This document shows, piece after piece, positions 1 through 8,760 of a DNA stretch of 64,000 nucleotides. The notes below the pieces were generated by a model that was not told where the DNA came from, did no database searches, and worked only from the letters and a program-made list of their open reading frames with translations. The translations under genes were made by a program, and so were the position numbers. The DNA lies in the IMG/VR virus record IMGVR_UViG_3300017934_000023, positions 5,280 to 69,279 of that record. One strand, given 5' to 3'. Position 1 is the stretch's first letter. Each line of letters begins with the position of its first letter. This DNA is from a virus.

Positions 1-14
1 AAATAGGAGAAGTC

Positions 15-293
15 ATGAGTGAGACAGCCAACAACTGTAAAGTTCCAAATATTATTCTGGGCGGATCTGGTAGCATAACTTCGTCTGGTATCAACGTAGA
101 CGGTAAGAATAATCACTGCTTCACCCTGGACGAACTTCTAAGCCCTGCGGCACTCGAGCTTCTGAACGGTCAAGGCTACGTCTGTTTTAAAATTATGGAT
201 GCTTGGGGAGATAGAGCAGGATGGTTTTCGCGTAAAAAGAAAACGATAATCGAATCAGAAGCTGTAGTGATAGGAGCAAATTCAGGATTCTAA
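15..293 (+). CDS. hypothetical protein
   Basis: ORF with AGGAG RBS, tightly packed with the next ORF; no recognisable motif. Confidence 0.6.
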   Translation: MSETANNCKVPNIILGGSGSITSSGINVDGKNNHCFTLDELLSPAALELLNGQGYVCFKIMDAWGDRAGWFSRKKKTIIESEAVVIGANSGF

Positions 294-294
294 C

Positions 295-567
295 ATGAAC
301 AAAAAGAAAATCATCAAATACGTGATCATCAGCAATTTATATAACAGAGGTTGCCGGATTGCGACCGGCACCAGTGATAGAGAAAATGATGACTCTTTCA
401 AGCCTGGAGTTCTCTATGATGAGTGCGAAAAAGGTGCCCAACTTTTTGCTAACCTGCGGATAGCCCGACGAGCAATCGAACGCAGTATTGCATTCGCTGC
501 CAAATATCATTCAAATCATGCCTACTGGCAAAAAGGGTGGTCGATCATTCCTGTGAGGGTAAAGTGA
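295..567 (+). CDS. hypothetical protein
   Basis: ORF in packed + strand gene array. Confidence 0.55.
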   Translation: MNKKKIIKYVIISNLYNRGCRIATGTSDRENDDSFKPGVLYDECEKGAQLFANLRIARRAIERSIAFAAKYHSNHAYWQKGWSIIPVRVK

Positions 568-707
568 CAGAGCAGAAGCAACAAGAAGAGTCCGTGTACC
601 GCAACGCCTTCTCTCTGGCCCTGTGGGACGGCGCCTCAGACGAGCAGGCCCACATCAAGGCTGAAGCCGCGGTCGAGAAGCTGCGGAAGCAACAGGAGGC
701 AGAATGA
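564..707 (+). CDS. small hypothetical protein (47 aa, MTEQKQQEESVYRNAFSLALWDG...)
   Basis: GTG start overlapping the upstream stop (GTGA); TGA stop overlapping the next ATG (ATGA); fills the gap exactly; below the ORF-track cutoff. Confidence 0.6.
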   Translation: MTEQKQQEESVYRNAFSLALWDGASDEQAHIKAEAAVEKLRKQQEAE

Positions 708-1117
708 ACAAATGGTTTATAGATAGTAAAGGAAATATGTTTGAAGTGATTGAAGACGGGGGCTTCACGATTTATAAACCTTTGTTTAGTCAGCCGGGTG
801 GATGTGTATCTTATTCTCAGGAGAACAAAATGGATTTCAGTATCAATCCCGAAGGTCCTTTCAAAGTTCATATGTTGAATGAAGCCGGCAAGATCAAGGC
901 CCAGGTTCTTGCAGGAGCGTTTGATCAACTTCTTTCACTTGTTCTTCATAACTGCCGGCCCGATCCTTATCGCGTTCAATCAACCATACAGGATCCGGCG
1001 GCTACCGGCAATCCGGCCGTGAACACAGAAGAGTTGAAACAGTTCATCTTTAAGTTGCAGGAAGCATCCTTCTACGCCAAGCGTGCGATGGCAATGCTGC
1101 CGGAGAATCAGCAATGA
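704..1117 (+). CDS. hypothetical protein; C-terminal part resembles an Acb2/Tad1-like helical hairpin (possible internal start at 830)
   Basis: FKVHMLNEAGK...KLQEASFYAKRAMA pattern; CAGGAG RBS before in-frame ATG at 830. Confidence 0.5.
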   Translation: MNKWFIDSKGNMFEVIEDGGFTIYKPLFSQPGGCVSYSQENKMDFSINPEGPFKVHMLNEAGKIKAQVLAGAFDQLLSLVLHNCRPDPYRVQSTIQDPAATGNPAVNTEELKQFIFKLQEASFYAKRAMAMLPENQQ

Positions 1118-1470
1118 ACAGGGCATATATAAGTTGTGAACTTACTGGAATGAATGCATGGCACATTTCTGATCCGACAATTCCTAAGATTCGGATGGCT
1201 GTGCAGTCACTGGCAGGAAGGAACCATAGGCCTTTCCCTGGGGGAGCAACATTCACTGAGAAACCTCGCCGCGATCACATGTTCCGCGGATACATCGATC
1301 CTGAGTCTGTGCAGCAACTGGTTGATGCCGGCGCGGCTATGTTTGAAGTGGATGAAGATGTTTTTGAGATAGGAAGTACCGGAGTAATTTTTCGAGTGAC
1401 AAAGTTTGTGAAAGGTGCATTTATTTTTACCGAACGTGACCCTACCGTTCTGAAGGATCTACAACAATGA
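1114..1470 (+). CDS. hypothetical protein
   Basis: ATGA overlaps at both ends. Confidence 0.55.
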   Translation: MNRAYISCELTGMNAWHISDPTIPKIRMAVQSLAGRNHRPFPGGATFTEKPRRDHMFRGYIDPESVQQLVDAGAAMFEVDEDVFEIGSTGVIFRVTKFVKGAFIFTERDPTVLKDLQQ

Positions 1471-1664
1471 TTGTGATGTTTCAATACCGCGGTAAAGCTT
1501 ATACCTTCGACTGCGTCGATGAAACACTGCTCGACATAGAACAAATCCTGGCCGATATCAACAAAGGAAAAGTCCAGGATATGGGAATGAAGCCTTCCGA
1601 AGTAACAGAGTTCCTACGTCTCCGAAAAGAAATTCCGGGCATGGGAGAAGGCACACCATCATGA
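1467..1664 (+). CDS. hypothetical protein
   Basis: ATGA overlaps at both ends; AAGGA RBS. Confidence 0.6.
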   Translation: MIVMFQYRGKAYTFDCVDETLLDIEQILADINKGKVQDMGMKPSEVTEFLRLRKEIPGMGEGTPS

Positions 1665-1825
1665 AGCCCTGGCAGAAGATGTTGCTGTTCACTTTGACGA
1701 TGGCGATCGTAACATATGCTGTCGGATCCCTGATCCCGAATGACAGATTTATATTGACAGTTGGGATGTCTTCCTGTATAGTCTTAGTCGGCATGCGAGT
1801 GATGCGGCCAGCACAAGGAGAATGA
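1661..1825 (+). CDS. small membrane protein (2 TM, MKPWQKMLLFTLTMAIV...)
   Basis: ATGA-coupled start, two hydrophobic segments, fills the gap. Confidence 0.55.
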   Translation: MKPWQKMLLFTLTMAIVTYAVGSLIPNDRFILTVGMSSCIVLVGMRVMRPAQGE

Positions 1826-1826
1826 G

Positions 1827-2030
1827 ATGGCGAAAAAGAAAAATCAAAAAACCTTTCAGGTGTGGGCCCGGGTTAATGTTTTAGCAACAGTCAATGTTCC
1901 GGCTGATACTCTGGAGCAAGCTGTTGAAGTGTCTAAGACTTTGACATCTGATGATTTTTTGTATGAAGGCCGATATGACGGGACTGTCGAAGACACAGAA
2001 CTAAACATCACAGGGGTTATGGAGAACTAG
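1827..2030 (+). CDS. hypothetical protein
   Basis: AAGGAG RBS. Confidence 0.65.
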   Translation: MAKKKNQKTFQVWARVNVLATVNVPADTLEQAVEVSKTLTSDDFLYEGRYDGTVEDTELNITGVMEN

Positions 2031-2185
2031 TGCCATTCCATTGGTGTCAAGACGAAACTAATGCAACGATCGCCGCGTTCTCCCTCATCTTGGGGTTTTG
2101 GCGAATGGTGTTGAACTACGTCTACCAAATTTTTAAAGGAGCCAGCAATGCGTTACTACGTTTGCGAATGCGGAGCAGAATTTGA
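2030..2185 (+). CDS. small hypothetical membrane protein (MPFHWCQDET...)
   Basis: GTG overlapping upstream TAG, GGAG RBS, one hydrophobic segment. Confidence 0.4.
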   Translation: MPFHWCQDETNATIAAFSLILGFWRMVLNYVYQIFKGASNALLRLRMRSRI

Positions 2186-2372
2186 CGACGATCAGCAAGG
2201 CGCCCGGGAGCATATGCTAGACGAGCACCTGGACTTGATTGAAACACGATTCGAAGACCTCATCAACGAAGGTGTTTTTGAGGAAGAGAATTTCACGGAA
2301 GAGGAATACTATGACGAAGCCATCGAGGAAGTTACCGAAGAGCTTCTCGATCTGACTGGTGACGAGGACTAA
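2148..2372 (+). CDS. very acidic small protein with C2H2-like zinc site
   Basis: AAGGAG RBS; CxC...HxxxxH; 29 of 74 residues are D/E. Confidence 0.65.
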   Translation: MRYYVCECGAEFDDDQQGAREHMLDEHLDLIETRFEDLINEGVFEEENFTEEEYYDEAIEEVTEELLDLTGDED

Positions 2373-2374
2373 TT

Positions 2375-2746
2375 GTGATAAACAAAATACTCGTTGGGAC
2401 ATATCAATTAGGTCTCAGAAATATAAAGGTTTTTGCTGACCCCAATACTGCCAGCGGCTCTGTCATCATGATGCCAGAAAACAAAGGTGTTGCTGAGGTT
2501 AATGTTGGCATAGCTAAAAGTTGGGCAGAAACTGTATCAACATTTCTTCATGAGGCTTTTGAGTTGTCATTCATAGATTTAAATGGTCGGTACAGCCAGT
2601 CTCCAGGCTTTTGTCAAGAAGCTTCCGACTTCATTTTCTTAGTGACTCACAATCAGTTTTCAGATGCCGGCGAACGAGTATCGGAATTATTGGTAAAGGC
2701 TTTGCCGGCCTTAGAAAAGATTTATAAAAAGAATCAGAAAAAGTGA
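2375..2746 (+). CDS. hypothetical protein with HExxE metallopeptidase-like motif
   Basis: STFLHEAFE motif; GAGGA RBS. Confidence 0.55.
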   Translation: MINKILVGTYQLGLRNIKVFADPNTASGSVIMMPENKGVAEVNVGIAKSWAETVSTFLHEAFELSFIDLNGRYSQSPGFCQEASDFIFLVTHNQFSDAGERVSELLVKALPALEKIYKKNQKK

Positions 2747-2759
2747 CAGGAGATGATGC

Positions 2760-2990
2760 GTGAGAATCAATCTCGATCAAGCGCTGATGTTGGTAGAAAA
2801 CATTCTGCTGATTTGGGTTGTGATCCAGGGTGAGTACATTCGATATTACGAACGGGAAGTTCACCGCATTCAATCTGAAAGAGAAAAGGAACGGTCAGAA
2901 TGGCGTCAACAGAAACGGAAACAAGCAACCAAGAAAGCGGAGGCATTGATCACGACTCCGGTGTCGACTGCCGGGGAGCGCGGCCTATAA
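2760..2990 (+). CDS. small membrane-anchored protein
   Basis: AGGAG RBS, N-terminal hydrophobic helix followed by a charged coil. Confidence 0.5.
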   Translation: MRINLDQALMLVENILLIWVVIQGEYIRYYEREVHRIQSEREKERSEWRQQKRKQATKKAEALITTPVSTAGERGL

Positions 2991-3112
2991 CTGCGCGTGA
3001 ACAGAAGCTGTTCTTTATGTCAAAGCTTAGAACTGTCTGCGCTTTGTTCGGCGCAATCTCCCAGGCGATCACGGTACTGATTACAGTCTGGCTGTTGTTA
3101 CATAGGCACTGA
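2900..3112 (+). CDS. small membrane protein overlapping the upstream ORF
   Basis: AAGGA RBS, C-terminal TM segment, ends just before the next gene. Confidence 0.4.
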   Translation: MASTETETSNQESGGIDHDSGVDCRGARPITAREQKLFFMSKLRTVCALFGAISQAITVLITVWLLLHRH

Positions 3113-3113
3113 C

Positions 3114-3476
3114 ATGAATAATTTCGGATGGATAGGCGTTGATTTTGATGGCACCCTTGTGGAGTATGAACGTTGGCTCGGGCCCGACGTATTTGGTGCT
3201 CCAATTCCTAATATGGTTCAGCGGGTTATAGACTGGCTCGCAGAAGGCCGAGAGGTTCGTATTTTAACTGCGCGCGTATATGCTCCACAGAATGATGCAG
3301 GCAGGCAGAAGGACGCTGCGATTGCTTTGTTGGCAATTCAAGACTGGTGTGAGAGTGCTTTTGGCCAACGTCTCGCTGTGACCTGCCAAAAAGATTTTAC
3401 AATGATTGAGATGTGGGATGATCGTGCAGTTCAGCTTATTCCAAATACCGGCGAACGGGCAGACGGTAAACCATGA
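3114..3476 (+). CDS. HAD-superfamily phosphatase (polynucleotide kinase-phosphatase-like)
   Basis: GVDFDGTL motif I, ILTAR motif II, K and WDDRA motifs III/IV. Confidence 0.8.
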   Translation: MNNFGWIGVDFDGTLVEYERWLGPDVFGAPIPNMVQRVIDWLAEGREVRILTARVYAPQNDAGRQKDAAIALLAIQDWCESAFGQRLAVTCQKDFTMIEMWDDRAVQLIPNTGERADGKP

Positions 3477-4441
3477 GATTCAATCTTATCACCTACATGA
3501 ATTATCCTTTCGGCCTCGGCTGGGACTACAATCTTTTGAAGAATCTTCTTGAAGGTTGGGGCCATGAAGTCCGCGGCGTGGATCTTCGCAGCATCGAAGG
3601 TAATTGGGAAGGTCCGGTTGAAGACGCTGATGTAAACATTTTCTTGGAGTTGCTGTCCGGCCCCCTCTTTAAATTTGCTAAACAGAACTGGTTCATTCCA
3701 AATCAGGAGTGGTATCACGCGCAGTGGGACCGCTGGCTTCCAGGACTGGATAAGCTTCTCTGTAAGACACATGAAGCCTATAATGCTTTTGCTAGTCGAG
3801 TGCCAGACGAGAAACGGATTCACATCGGATTTGAATCTCGGGATCTTTATGACCCGACTATTCCTCGTAAGAAGAAGTTTTTACATGTGGCCGGAGGTAG
3901 CGCATCGAAGAATACTACGGCGGTGGCCTACGCCTTCGCGAAGTTCTTCAACGATCCATACGATAAGGATTGTAATCAGGAATTGGTTCTAGTATCTCGA
4001 GACTGCAACCACAACAATCTTCTTCGTGATCGCAAAAATTGTCAATATATTGAGAAGGCCGGTGATGAAGAACTTCGCATTCTGATGAACGAATGCACCT
4101 ATCACATCATGCCATCCGGGGCCGAAGGGTGGGGCCACGTTATTCATGAAGGCCTCGGCTGTGGTGCAGTTATGATTACTACAGATTTCCCTCCCATGAA
4201 TGAAAGCACAGGCATAGATAGAAGGTATCTGGTTGCAACACCGAAATGGGATCCAATGAATGCTATTGGCCGATTTGCTTGGGTTGGTGCTCTTCAAGTT
4301 AAAGCTGCCGTTGAGCAAGCAGCACAGATGTGGAACACGCGTGACCGTCTTCAGGCAATTCAAGATAAGGCTCGTGCGTCTTTCTTAATTGATCGGGAAT
4401 TTTTTCGTCAGAAGTTTAAGGAGCTAGTGGACAATGTCTGA
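3473..4441 (+). CDS. glycosyltransferase, GT-B fold (GT4-like)
   Basis: IMPSGAEGWGHVIHEGLGCGAVMITTD matches the GT4 ExF/WGxxxxEA signature; FLHVAG...KNT. Confidence 0.85.
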   Translation: MRFNLITYMNYPFGLGWDYNLLKNLLEGWGHEVRGVDLRSIEGNWEGPVEDADVNIFLELLSGPLFKFAKQNWFIPNQEWYHAQWDRWLPGLDKLLCKTHEAYNAFASRVPDEKRIHIGFESRDLYDPTIPRKKKFLHVAGGSASKNTTAVAYAFAKFFNDPYDKDCNQELVLVSRDCNHNNLLRDRKNCQYIEKAGDEELRILMNECTYHIMPSGAEGWGHVIHEGLGCGAVMITTDFPPMNESTGIDRRYLVATPKWDPMNAIGRFAWVGALQVKAAVEQAAQMWNTRDRLQAIQDKARASFLIDREFFRQKFKELVDNV

Positions 4442-5000
4442 CATTACTCGAGCACTTCAGATCGGCGGCATGATGCGGCCCACAGAGTTGCAATGGCTTG
4501 CAGATCAAGCTGAGAAGCATTATCGTATTGTGGAGATTGGTTCTTGGATAGGTCGTAGTACCCGCGCATTGGCAGACAATACGCGGGGCTCGGTGTATGC
4601 GGTTGATACTTGGGCGGGCTCTTGGCAGACAGATGATGATCCAGACTTTCAACGCGGTGGTCCCGATTGGTTATATAGTACTTTTCTAAAAAACACAAGC
4701 GATTGCGCTGCAGTAATTCCCTATCGCATGAGTTCTTTGGATGCTGCAAAACTTTTTGAGGCAGAAGATCTATTCGATATGATTTTCATTGACGGGTCTC
4801 ATGACTACGACAACGTGCGTGCAGATATTCTCGCGTGGCGCCCGCTGTTGGCTTCGGGCGGCCTTCTCTGCGGTCACGATTATAAATATGATCCGTGCGA
4901 TCCCATTAAGCGTGAAAGTTTTCTCGGTCTGGATCGTGCGGTCGAAGAACTTGTTCCCACAGTGAAGATTGCAGTGGATACGATTTGGTACGAGGCATAA
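4434..5000 (+). CDS. class I SAM-dependent methyltransferase (Methyltransf_24-like)
   Basis: VEIGSWIGRST motif I, AVDTW, FDMIFIDGSHDY, GGLLCGHDY. Confidence 0.9.
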   Translation: MSDITRALQIGGMMRPTELQWLADQAEKHYRIVEIGSWIGRSTRALADNTRGSVYAVDTWAGSWQTDDDPDFQRGGPDWLYSTFLKNTSDCAAVIPYRMSSLDAAKLFEAEDLFDMIFIDGSHDYDNVRADILAWRPLLASGGLLCGHDYKYDPCDPIKRESFLGLDRAVEELVPTVKIAVDTIWYEA

Positions 5001-5001
5001 T

Positions 5002-5655
5002 ATGGGTCTTGATAGAAATAATCGTAGGTTTTTGGAGTTTGCCAAGAATCAGTGGGGTGTAGATTTTTCTGAGACTGCTACGCTCGGGCATCAGGAGTTT
5101 CATGAACCTGTGATAGACGTCGGCATGAAATATGCAGATGACTATTTGCACTTTGTCTTAGGAGCACAACGAGTAGCGTCGTTTGACGCATCTGATTATG
5201 AAGGTGCTACATACATCCATGATTTCAATAAGCCGATTAATTTGGAACAGTACGGTCGATTCACGGCCGTGATTGATGCCGGCTCACTCGAACATATTTT
5301 TAATTTTCCCCAAGCGATTTCAAACTGTATGGATATGGTTGCTGAGGGCGGTCATTTGCTTATCATGACGCCGGCCAACAATCTTTGCGGACATGGATTT
5401 TATCAGTTCAGTCCAGAGCTTTTTTATCGTGTGTTATCTCAATGGAATGGTTTTAAAATTCAAGATATGTTTAGCGCCGAATTACCAGAAGCGAACTGGA
5501 ACACAATTCCGGATCCCGAAGTAGTAGGATATCGTGTGGGAGTTCAAAGTAGCAAGCCCACAGTGTTGCTTGTACTTGCAAAGAAATTAGTATCAGTTCC
5601 TCTTTCATTGAATCATTTGCAGCAGAGTGACTATGCTGTAGCGTGGAGAACGTAA
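5002..5655 (+). CDS. class I SAM-dependent methyltransferase-like protein
   Basis: SFDASDYEGA, HDFNKP, VIDAGSLEHIFN, GGHLLI, GHGFYQFSPE. Confidence 0.8.
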   Translation: MGLDRNNRRFLEFAKNQWGVDFSETATLGHQEFHEPVIDVGMKYADDYLHFVLGAQRVASFDASDYEGATYIHDFNKPINLEQYGRFTAVIDAGSLEHIFNFPQAISNCMDMVAEGGHLLIMTPANNLCGHGFYQFSPELFYRVLSQWNGFKIQDMFSAELPEANWNTIPDPEVVGYRVGVQSSKPTVLLVLAKKLVSVPLSLNHLQQSDYAVAWRT

Positions 5656-6374
5656 TGGATACGATTCAGAGTCTTTGGGTTGACGGTTCGTTGTCGCCGG
5701 TGGAGCAACTCTCCATCAAATCTTATCTTAAGGCCGGCCACCCATTCAATCTGTATACTTACGGTGATGTAAAAGGTGTTCCCACCGGGGCGCTCGTCAA
5801 GGACGCGGAAGAGATTGCGCCGAAATGGAAGATAGCTAAGTTTCAGAATCTAGCAAACTTTTCGGACTATTTCCGATTCATGATGCTCTACAAGCGTGGC
5901 GGCTACTGGTCCGACTTGGATGTGTGTTGTTTGCATGCATATGATTTTGAAGGTCCTTACGTCTTTGCTTCGCAAAATAGTGGACCGCCCGAAGTAGAAG
6001 CCAGAGAAGTTCTGACAAGTTGCGTGATAAAATCACCCCCGGGCAGCAATATTATGCGTCGATGTCTAGAGCGCATTTCAATGACGGATACTATGCATAA
6101 TGGATGGGCCGATATCGGTCCTATTCTTCTCATTGAAGAAGTTCCTAAGTGTGGACTTCAACAGTACGCAAAATCGAAGCTGACGTTCTGCCCCCTGGAT
6201 CACTACGATGCCCCTGATTGTATTTTCGGTAACGGAAGTGGTCTATTAGAGTTTTGTTCGACTGATACGCGGGCTGTGCATATGTGGAATGAGGAAGCGC
6301 GTCGTGCCGGCATCGACAAGTATTCTTCATATCCAAACAGCATGTTTGAGACGTTGCAGAGGAGAATAGGATGA
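5655..6374 (+). CDS. glycosyltransferase, GT32/DXD family
   Basis: IQSLWV, ANFSDYFRF, GGYWSDLD (DXD), GPILL, HMWNE. Confidence 0.85.
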   Translation: MDTIQSLWVDGSLSPVEQLSIKSYLKAGHPFNLYTYGDVKGVPTGALVKDAEEIAPKWKIAKFQNLANFSDYFRFMMLYKRGGYWSDLDVCCLHAYDFEGPYVFASQNSGPPEVEAREVLTSCVIKSPPGSNIMRRCLERISMTDTMHNGWADIGPILLIEEVPKCGLQQYAKSKLTFCPLDHYDAPDCIFGNGSGLLEFCSTDTRAVHMWNEEARRAGIDKYSSYPNSMFETLQRRIG

Positions 6375-6634
6375 GCTTTTTTAAAGATGCGGAATTAAAA
6401 ATAGTTCTTCGTGGCGGAAATTTAATTCATGAAATATCAATATCTGATCCGTGTGGAAAAGTATACGCTCAATGTGAAAAACACAAAAATTATTGGCAGA
6501 GAATTTATGCCAACGAGTTTGCATCAGTCGAACTGATACGAGAAACAGCGCAGAGAATTATTGATGCATGTCCAATGTGCGAAGCAGAAAAACCGCCGGC
6601 TAGACTCTGTTTTCCGGAAGGAGCCGAACTGTGA
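6371..6634 (+). CDS. hypothetical zinc-binding protein
   Basis: CxxH ... CPMC; translationally coupled within the GT cluster. Confidence 0.55.
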   Translation: MSFFKDAELKIVLRGGNLIHEISISDPCGKVYAQCEKHKNYWQRIYANEFASVELIRETAQRIIDACPMCEAEKPPARLCFPEGAEL

Positions 6635-7521
6635 AAGACATCGTCCTCATTCCTACATGGTATCGTCCTGAGTATTTGCAGTTATGCTTGGAGCATCTGG
6701 CTCAAACTCGCGGCATTGAGAGTAAACAGATCTGGATTCTGCAGGATCAGCATCAGGATGATTTGATTCGGCATGCTGTTGAAGAGAACTGGACCCAAGA
6801 TGTTCTCGCTTCATGGCAGCAATACAAGGCCCTGGACATTCGATTCATCCGCGCTACGCCGCACTGCACCGTTGGCAATAGTCGCAACGTGTTGTTCGGC
6901 TATCATCGCGCATACAACACTGGAGCAAAGTACGTCTATCTGATTGAAGACGATGTCTTCGTGACGCCGGACTTTTTCGAATGGCACGAAGCCGTGCAGA
7001 ACGATGGGGATTATTTCTGCTCCGTGGGCTACAACTGCAAGTACAAACGGCCAGACATTCTGACCAGTGAAGATCCCGGCGCCTACTACAGTGCGCGTTG
7101 GTACGGCTCATACGGAGTCGGCTGGAAGCGCGAAAAACTAGCTCCAATCTTTCAACACGACATTCTCAACTATGTATGCAACATGACTGCATACATAGAG
7201 CGCGTGCTTCCCAATACGCCGCTAGGAGTGCAATTCACAGAGCAGGACGGACTCATTGAGCGCATCATGTGGCTCAGCGGGAAGCCTGTGGCGTTTCCTT
7301 ATCAGTCGCGGGCCTATCATATGGGTTTCTATGGTTATCATCGGGAGGGCGCCCGTCCGAACGGATTTCTGGATGCGAAGATCGCTGGCCTCAGGAAGAT
7401 GGTTTCAGATCCGGCTACATTTACAAGTTCTATCAATAATCCTTTCAACGATCTGACCCCATTTCCGACAGAGTTTCCAGGGCGTATTGAGAAACTTCAA
7501 AAGCTACAGGAGTTCGTATGA
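6631..7521 (+). CDS. glycosyltransferase, GT-A fold (GnT-I/GT13-like)
   Basis: IPTWYRPEYL, YLIEDDVFVTPDFF, EQDGLI, RAYHMG. Confidence 0.8.
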   Translation: MKDIVLIPTWYRPEYLQLCLEHLAQTRGIESKQIWILQDQHQDDLIRHAVEENWTQDVLASWQQYKALDIRFIRATPHCTVGNSRNVLFGYHRAYNTGAKYVYLIEDDVFVTPDFFEWHEAVQNDGDYFCSVGYNCKYKRPDILTSEDPGAYYSARWYGSYGVGWKREKLAPIFQHDILNYVCNMTAYIERVLPNTPLGVQFTEQDGLIERIMWLSGKPVAFPYQSRAYHMGFYGYHREGARPNGFLDAKIAGLRKMVSDPATFTSSINNPFNDLTPFPTEFPGRIEKLQKLQEFV

Positions 7522-8378
7522 GAGACATCATCATAATCCCGACGTTCGACCGACCAGAGTATCTTCTGAACTGTATAGAGAATTTGCGCGGTGTTATTAG
7601 TAAATCATTCGGTACAGAAAAATGGATATGGATCACCGAGGATATTCACTCGGATAAACCAAAGAGTTTTACTACTCAGTGGGAGATGATGTCTGTTATT
7701 CGTGAAGCCAACAAATTATTTGGACTCACTTTTCGGTATATGGCTACGCAGCCCCATTCAACTTTCGGAAATAGTTACAATGTTTTGAATGCAATTCAAG
7801 AGGCTGCAGTGTACGATGATGTTGATAAGGTTTATTTGATTGAAGACGATGTGATGATTACAGACGATTTTTTCCGGTGGAATGAGGAAGTTCACGCTAA
7901 GTTCCAGCCGTGGGCATCATGCGCCGGCAGATTGAACCGTAGCCTTAATTTCGCAATGAACGGGCCCGAGGCCTTGGATGAAACATTTAAGGATACGCGC
8001 GCATGTCGCGAATCGGTGACCGCGTATAATTCTTGGGCTACTTGTTTTTCAAGGCAAGCTCTGCAAGATATTTCACAGATGGCATACGGCCATGAACATT
8101 TTCGTCCGGGGTATGAGCAGGACATCATGATTCAGAATCACATTCGTCGTAATAAGTTGCCGACGATTTGGCCCTATGTTCCGCGCGCCTATCATATGGG
8201 TTGGTATAGCTATCACCGCGACGGAATGAGATTCAACGGAACCCTGGAAGAGAAAATTAAATCGCTTCGGTCTACGGTTAAGAATCAATCTAGGATTAAA
8301 TCGATGGCATGCATTCAGGATATCGATGCATTCCCCACAACGCAGCACGAGCCGGTGACCGGTCTCTACCTGAGGTAA
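7518..8378 (+). CDS. glycosyltransferase, GT-A fold, paralogue of the upstream gene
   Basis: IPTFDRPEYL, YLIEDDVMITDDFF, EQDIMI, RAYHMGWYSYHR all align with 6631-7521. Confidence 0.8.
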   Translation: MRDIIIIPTFDRPEYLLNCIENLRGVISKSFGTEKWIWITEDIHSDKPKSFTTQWEMMSVIREANKLFGLTFRYMATQPHSTFGNSYNVLNAIQEAAVYDDVDKVYLIEDDVMITDDFFRWNEEVHAKFQPWASCAGRLNRSLNFAMNGPEALDETFKDTRACRESVTAYNSWATCFSRQALQDISQMAYGHEHFRPGYEQDIMIQNHIRRNKLPTIWPYVPRAYHMGWYSYHRDGMRFNGTLEEKIKSLRSTVKNQSRIKSMACIQDIDAFPTTQHEPVTGLYLR

Positions 8379-8379
8379 G

Positions 8380-8742
8380 ATGAACATCAAAGCCCGCGCA
8401 AAATACTTAATGGATAGTTTTAAGTTAACAGTTGAGAAATGGTTAACAGTGTTTACTTTTCAAGGCGGCTGTTGCGCAATTTGCGGCAACAAACTGATTA
8501 AGGCGAACACAGATCATGACCATAAGACCGGTGAAGTCAGAGGCCTCCTGTGCGCGCGATGTAACCGGGCCCTGGGCCGGTTCGCTGATCGGCTAGACCT
8601 TCTGGAGGCGGCTGTACGCTATCTAAAAGACCCCCCGGCTCGTAAAGCATTGGGATATATACACATAGGCTATTCGGGAAGGATCGGGACGAAGAAGCAC
8701 CGGAAGATGATGGCAAAATTAAAGCGGAATGCCACCACTTAA
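8380..8742 (+). CDS. recombination endonuclease VII family protein
   Basis: QGGCCAIC...DHDHKTGEVRGLLCARCNRALG. Confidence 0.9.
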   Translation: MNIKARAKYLMDSFKLTVEKWLTVFTFQGGCCAICGNKLIKANTDHDHKTGEVRGLLCARCNRALGRFADRLDLLEAAVRYLKDPPARKALGYIHIGYSGRIGTKKHRKMMAKLKRNATT

Positions 8743-8756
8743 ACATATAATGGAGG
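8729..8756 (+). promoter_or_regulatory. phage promoter-like motif, copy 1 (ATGCCACCACTTAAACATATAATGGAGG)
   Basis: 27/28 identical to 28785-28812; contains TATAAT directly followed by a GGAGG RBS. Confidence 0.65.
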
Positions 8757-8760
8757 TCCT

